From Candidatus Pampinifervens sinense (GTDB lineage: Bacteria; Aquificota; Aquificia; Aquificales; Aquificaceae): DNA of 64,000 bases. Positions 60,608 to 64,000 of this stretch are shown here, in pieces; position 1 is the stretch's first letter; every line of letters begins with the position of its first letter. The translations under genes and the position numbers were made by a program. The notes under the pieces were generated by a model. That model did no database searches. It saw only the letters and a program-made list of their open reading frames with translations, and was not told the DNA's origin. The stretch is taken from assembly GCA_037927135.1 (NCBI GenBank), contig JAXSPP010000001.1, forward strand, positions 128,001 through 192,000. Reading direction: 5' to 3'.

Positions 60608-60713
60608 ACCTTAGATTTTACACCACAAGGGTGAAAAGATGAAGCCATAAAAACTTGACAAAAATGTACTAAAGCATATTATAAAAACCAATGTAAAATT
60701 TTGGAGGTGTAGG

Positions 60714-63677
60714 ATGTTTAGTGAAAACTTGATGTCTGCCAAATCATTGGAATACCTAAATAGGGCAAAGGAGCTGGCAAAAAAGAGGGGAGACAGTAAG
60801 GTAGACACAGACCATCTACTTCTGGCTTTCCTCTCCGACGAGAAGTCTGCCTTAGCCAAGTATTTAGAAAAGAGAGGGGTAGATGCAAAAAGTTTATATA
60901 GGAAGGTTTCTGAATACCTTGATAAACTTTCCTCTCAGATAAACAAAGCTGTGGAACAAGAGGCTAAGCATCTCATAGACCTAAGAAGCAAGATAATGCA
61001 AGTAAAGTCGGACATAGGACAGCTTCAGCTGGAGTTTGATAAGGTAAGGAGGGCAAAGGAAAGGATAAGGGAAGAGATAGATAGGGCTAAGCGGTATGGA
61101 GACTATTGGAGCTTGCAAGAACTCCAGATAGAGCTTACAAGGCTTGAAAGGCTAGAAAGCCAGATAAGAAGCCAGCTAGAGAGCGTAGAAAGGAGCCTCT
61201 CAACAGTTTTCAAACAGGAGGATGTGAGGGCTTTCCTTGAAAATAGATTAAGCATAGACGGCCTTATAAAGAGGGCCCTTGAGACATCAAGCCTTGTAGA
61301 GCAGGCAAAGGAAATAGGCCTGTCGCCCGAAAGGGTAAAGGATGCGGTGGGAAAGATAGTCTTTGGCAAGGAGCCTGCCTTTGATTATTCGGAAAACCTT
61401 ATTAAGGTCCTAGAAAAAGCACAGGATAAGGCTGTGGCCGAAGGCCTCTCTCAAGTGGAGCCCTATCATATAGTAGCAAGCCTTTTGGAGGCAAAAGACA
61501 CCATAGCTGGTAAGATTTTAGAAGATATAGCAGGAGGTGAAAAGATGAAGGATGTGGCACAAGAGCTAAGAGAGGAAGAGAAGTCCGCCCTTGAGAGGTT
61601 TGGGGTGGACCTCACTCAAATGGCCAGGGAGGGCAAGCTTGATCCTGTGATAGGAAGGGAGAAGGAGATAAACCAAGTCATTGAAGTGCTTTTGAGAAGG
61701 ACGAAGAATAACCCAGTTCTTGTTGGAGACCCAGGCGTAGGAAAGACGGCCATAGTGGAAGGGCTTGCCCAAAGGATAGTAAACAAGGAGGTGCCAGCAG
61801 AGCTTCAGGACAAATCTATCATAGCCATAGATATAGGTTCCATAATAGCTGGGTCCAAGTATAGGGGAGAGTTTGAAGAGAGGTTCAAAAGCCTTTTGGA
61901 GGAGGCAAAGCAAAGAGGTAATGTAATACTCTTTATAGATGAGATACACACGGTAGTGGGTGCAGGAAAGGCGGAGGGTGCGGTGGATGCGGGCAACATG
62001 CTAAAGCCACCCTTGGCAAGGGGTGAGATAAGGGTCATAGGTGCCACCACGGTGGACGAATACAGAAAGTATATAGAGAAGGACCCAGCCCTTGAAAGGA
62101 GGTTCCAGCCCATATATGTGGAGGAACCTACAGAAGAGGAAACCCTTGAGATACTAAAGGGTCTTAGGCCAAAGCTTGAAAAACACCACAAGGTAAAGAT
62201 ATCCGATGAGGCCTTAGAGGCTGCTGTAAAGCTCACAAAAAGGTATGTGACCTTTAGAAAGCTTCCAGATAAGGCCATAGATGCCCTTGACCAAGCCTCC
62301 GCAAGGAGAAAGCTCTCGGCTGTGGCCGTCCCTCCAGAGGTCCAGGAGATAGAAAGAAAGCTAAAGAGCCTTGAGGAAGAGATCCAGAAGGCTTACCTTG
62401 AGGGCAACTACGAAAAGGAAGCACAGCTAAAGATAAAGAAGGTTCAGCTGGAAAAGGAAAAGCAAGCCTTACTTTCTAAGGCTGGCGGTGTGGATGCGAG
62501 GATAGCAGAGATAAAAAGGAAGATAGAAGAGCTCGACCAAGAGATAATTAAGGCTTCTGAAAAGGGAGACTATGAGAGGGAAGCAAACCTAAAGATTGAA
62601 AAGGTAAAGCTGGAAAAGGAGCTGAAGGAGCTTGAGTCCAAAAAGGCACAGGAGCTGGTAGTGACATGGGATGATGTGGCCCAGGTGGTCTCCGAATGGA
62701 CTGGCATACCGGTATCCAAGCTAAGGGAAGAGGAGGTGGAAAAACTGCTAAAGCTGGAAGAAGAACTTCACAAGAGGGTCATAGACCAAGATCATGCGGT
62801 GGTGGCAGTCTCCGAGGCCATAAGGAGGGCAAGGGCAGGCCTAAAGGATCCAAAAAGGCCCATAGCAAGCTTCCTATTCCTTGGTCCCACAGGCGTGGGT
62901 AAAACGGAGCTTTCAAAGGCTTTGGCCGAGCTACTTTTTGGCGATGAGGATGCCCTAATAAGGCTTGATATGTCCGAGTTCAAGGAAGAGCATAGCGTGG
63001 CAAAGCTCATAGGCGCACCTCCCGGTTATGTGGGCTACGAAGAGGGTGGAAAGCTAACAGAGGCCGTAAGGAGAAAGCCTTACTCTGTCATACTCCTTGA
63101 TGAGGTGGAAAAGGCCCATCCTAGAGTCTTTGACCTCTTCTTGCAGGTTCTTGACGACGGAAGGCTAACGGATTCCCACGGCAGGACAGTGGACTTTAGG
63201 AACACGGTTATCATCATGACATCCAACATAGGCTCACAATACTTGCTTAGCATACCCGTGGATGGAGATGAGGAAAGGGTTCAAAAAGAGTTTGAGAAGG
63301 CAAAGGAGAAGGTTCTTGAAGAGCTTCGCTACTACTTTAGGCCTGAGTTTTTGAACCGTATAGATGAGATCATAGTCTTTAAGCCTCTCACCATGAAGGA
63401 ACTCTTCCAGATCATAGACCTTCTGGTGGCAGGAATAAACAAGAGGCTTGCAGAAAGGAACATAAGCATAGAGCTAACAGAGAAGGCAAAAGAACACCTT
63501 GTAAAGCTTGGCTATGACCCAGCCTACGGCGCAAGGCCACTGAAGAGAACACTCCAAAAACACCTTGAAACTCCGCTGGCAAACCTCATCATAAAGGGCG
63601 AGATAAAGGATGGTCAAAGGGTGTTGGTGGATATCTCCGAAGATGGGGCGTTGAGCTTTAGAGCGTTAGCTTCTTAG
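60714..63677 (+). CDS. clpB: Hsp100 ClpB/ClpC-family chaperone with expanded N-domain and middle domain
   Basis: Two AAA+ modules ([16 protein letters not shown]), Clp-N repeats, coiled-coil middle domain. Confidence 0.9.
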   Translation: MFSENLMSAKSLEYLNRAKELAKKRGDSKVDTDHLLLAFLSDEKSALAKYLEKRGVDAKSLYRKVSEYLDKLSSQINKAVEQEAKHLIDLRSKIMQVKSDIGQLQLEFDKVRRAKERIREEIDRAKRYGDYWSLQELQIELTRLERLESQIRSQLESVERSLSTVFKQEDVRAFLENRLSIDGLIKRALETSSLVEQAKEIGLSPERVKDAVGKIVFGKEPAFDYSENLIKVLEKAQDKAVAEGLSQVEPYHIVASLLEAKDTIAGKILEDIAGGEKMKDVAQELREEEKSALERFGVDLTQMAREGKLDPVIGREKEINQVIEVLLRRTKNNPVLVGDPGVGKTAIVEGLAQRIVNKEVPAELQDKSIIAIDIGSIIAGSKYRGEFEERFKSLLEEAKQRGNVILFIDEIHTVVGAGKAEGAVDAGNMLKPPLARGEIRVIGATTVDEYRKYIEKDPALERRFQPIYVEEPTEEETLEILKGLRPKLEKHHKVKISDEALEAAVKLTKRYVTFRKLPDKAIDALDQASARRKLSAVAVPPEVQEIERKLKSLEEEIQKAYLEGNYEKEAQLKIKKVQLEKEKQALLSKAGGVDARIAEIKRKIEELDQEIIKASEKGDYEREANLKIEKVKLEKELKELESKKAQELVVTWDDVAQVVSEWTGIPVSKLREEEVEKLLKLEEELHKRVIDQDHAVVAVSEAIRRARAGLKDPKRPIASFLFLGPTGVGKTELSKALAELLFGDEDALIRLDMSEFKEEHSVAKLIGAPPGYVGYEEGGKLTEAVRRKPYSVILLDEVEKAHPRVFDLFLQVLDDGRLTDSHGRTVDFRNTVIIMTSNIGSQYLLSIPVDGDEERVQKEFEKAKEKVLEELRYYFRPEFLNRIDEIIVFKPLTMKELFQIIDLLVAGINKRLAERNISIELTEKAKEHLVKLGYDPAYGARPLKRTLQKHLETPLANLIIKGEIKDGQRVLVDISEDGALSFRALAS

Positions 63678-63725
63678 GGATGTGAAGCATTAGACATCTT
63701 AAAATATATCCAAGGAGGTTATAAG

Positions 63726-64000
63726 ATGAGGAAGTTTGCTTTTCCACTGGTAGCTTTTCTTTTTATATGTTCCTGTGGAGCACTAGGAGAAAGGGCAAAA
63801 GACGGTGAAAAGCTCCAGCCAACCACTGCTTTAAAGGTTAAAACCATCACTACAACAGTTATAGAAGATGTGGTAAGCTGTAAGCTCTTGCTTGATGAAA
63901 GGTCACCAAGGCCTCAGGCGTGCGGAAAATGTGAAATATCCTTAGAAGGCAATAGCCTTAAGATAGCTCCTGTGGAGAAGTGCTTAAGATATGAGGTTTA
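63726..64000 (+). CDS. Putative lipoprotein, partial; runs off the window edge
   Basis: AGGAGG then ATG 63726; MRKFAFPLVAFLFICSCGALGE lipobox-like start; frame stays open to the window end. Confidence 0.65.
   Translation, partial: MRKFAFPLVAFLFICSCGALGERAKDGEKLQPTTALKVKTITTTVIEDVVSCKLLLDERSPRPQACGKCEISLEGNSLKIAPVEKCLRYEV

Overview
A gene-dense 64 kb chromosomal segment of mostly housekeeping genes. Gene content and protein style suggest a thermophilic Aquificaceae bacterium (Thermocrinis/Hydrogenobacter-like); this is an inference, not a database result. It carries about 70 CDSs (moeA, rimM, lpdA, sod, mrp/iscS/queH, mazG, ribF, def, trmD, ribD, eno, uppS/cdsA, dxr, kdsD, ppa, pth/rplY/prs, ispE, groES/EL, sulP, modABC, phoU, murG, galU, dapA, rusA, upp, clpB and others) and two tRNAs (Arg-ACG, Gln-TTG). 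I saw no IS element, prophage or CRISPR array. The three most interesting items are: (1) a closely linked run of a membrane-anchored coiled-coil protein ending in a RelE/HigB-like domain, an archaeo-eukaryotic eRF1-like release factor homolog lacking GGQ, and an intact NYN RNase; (2) a perfectly symmetric 11-6-11 dif-like site just upstream of an HTH/coiled-coil gene and a single Xer-like recombinase; (3) a sigma54 operon (promoter and enhancer visible) of two DUF2173-like proteins and an SCP2 protein, beside its likely PAS-bEBP activator and an apparent sorA::sorB deletion fusion. Other observations: an IscS lacking its PLP lysine, a tRNA overlapping the ispE stop codon, an internal ClpB start, and a widespread leaderless-gene signature. 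All family assignments are by motif recognition only.
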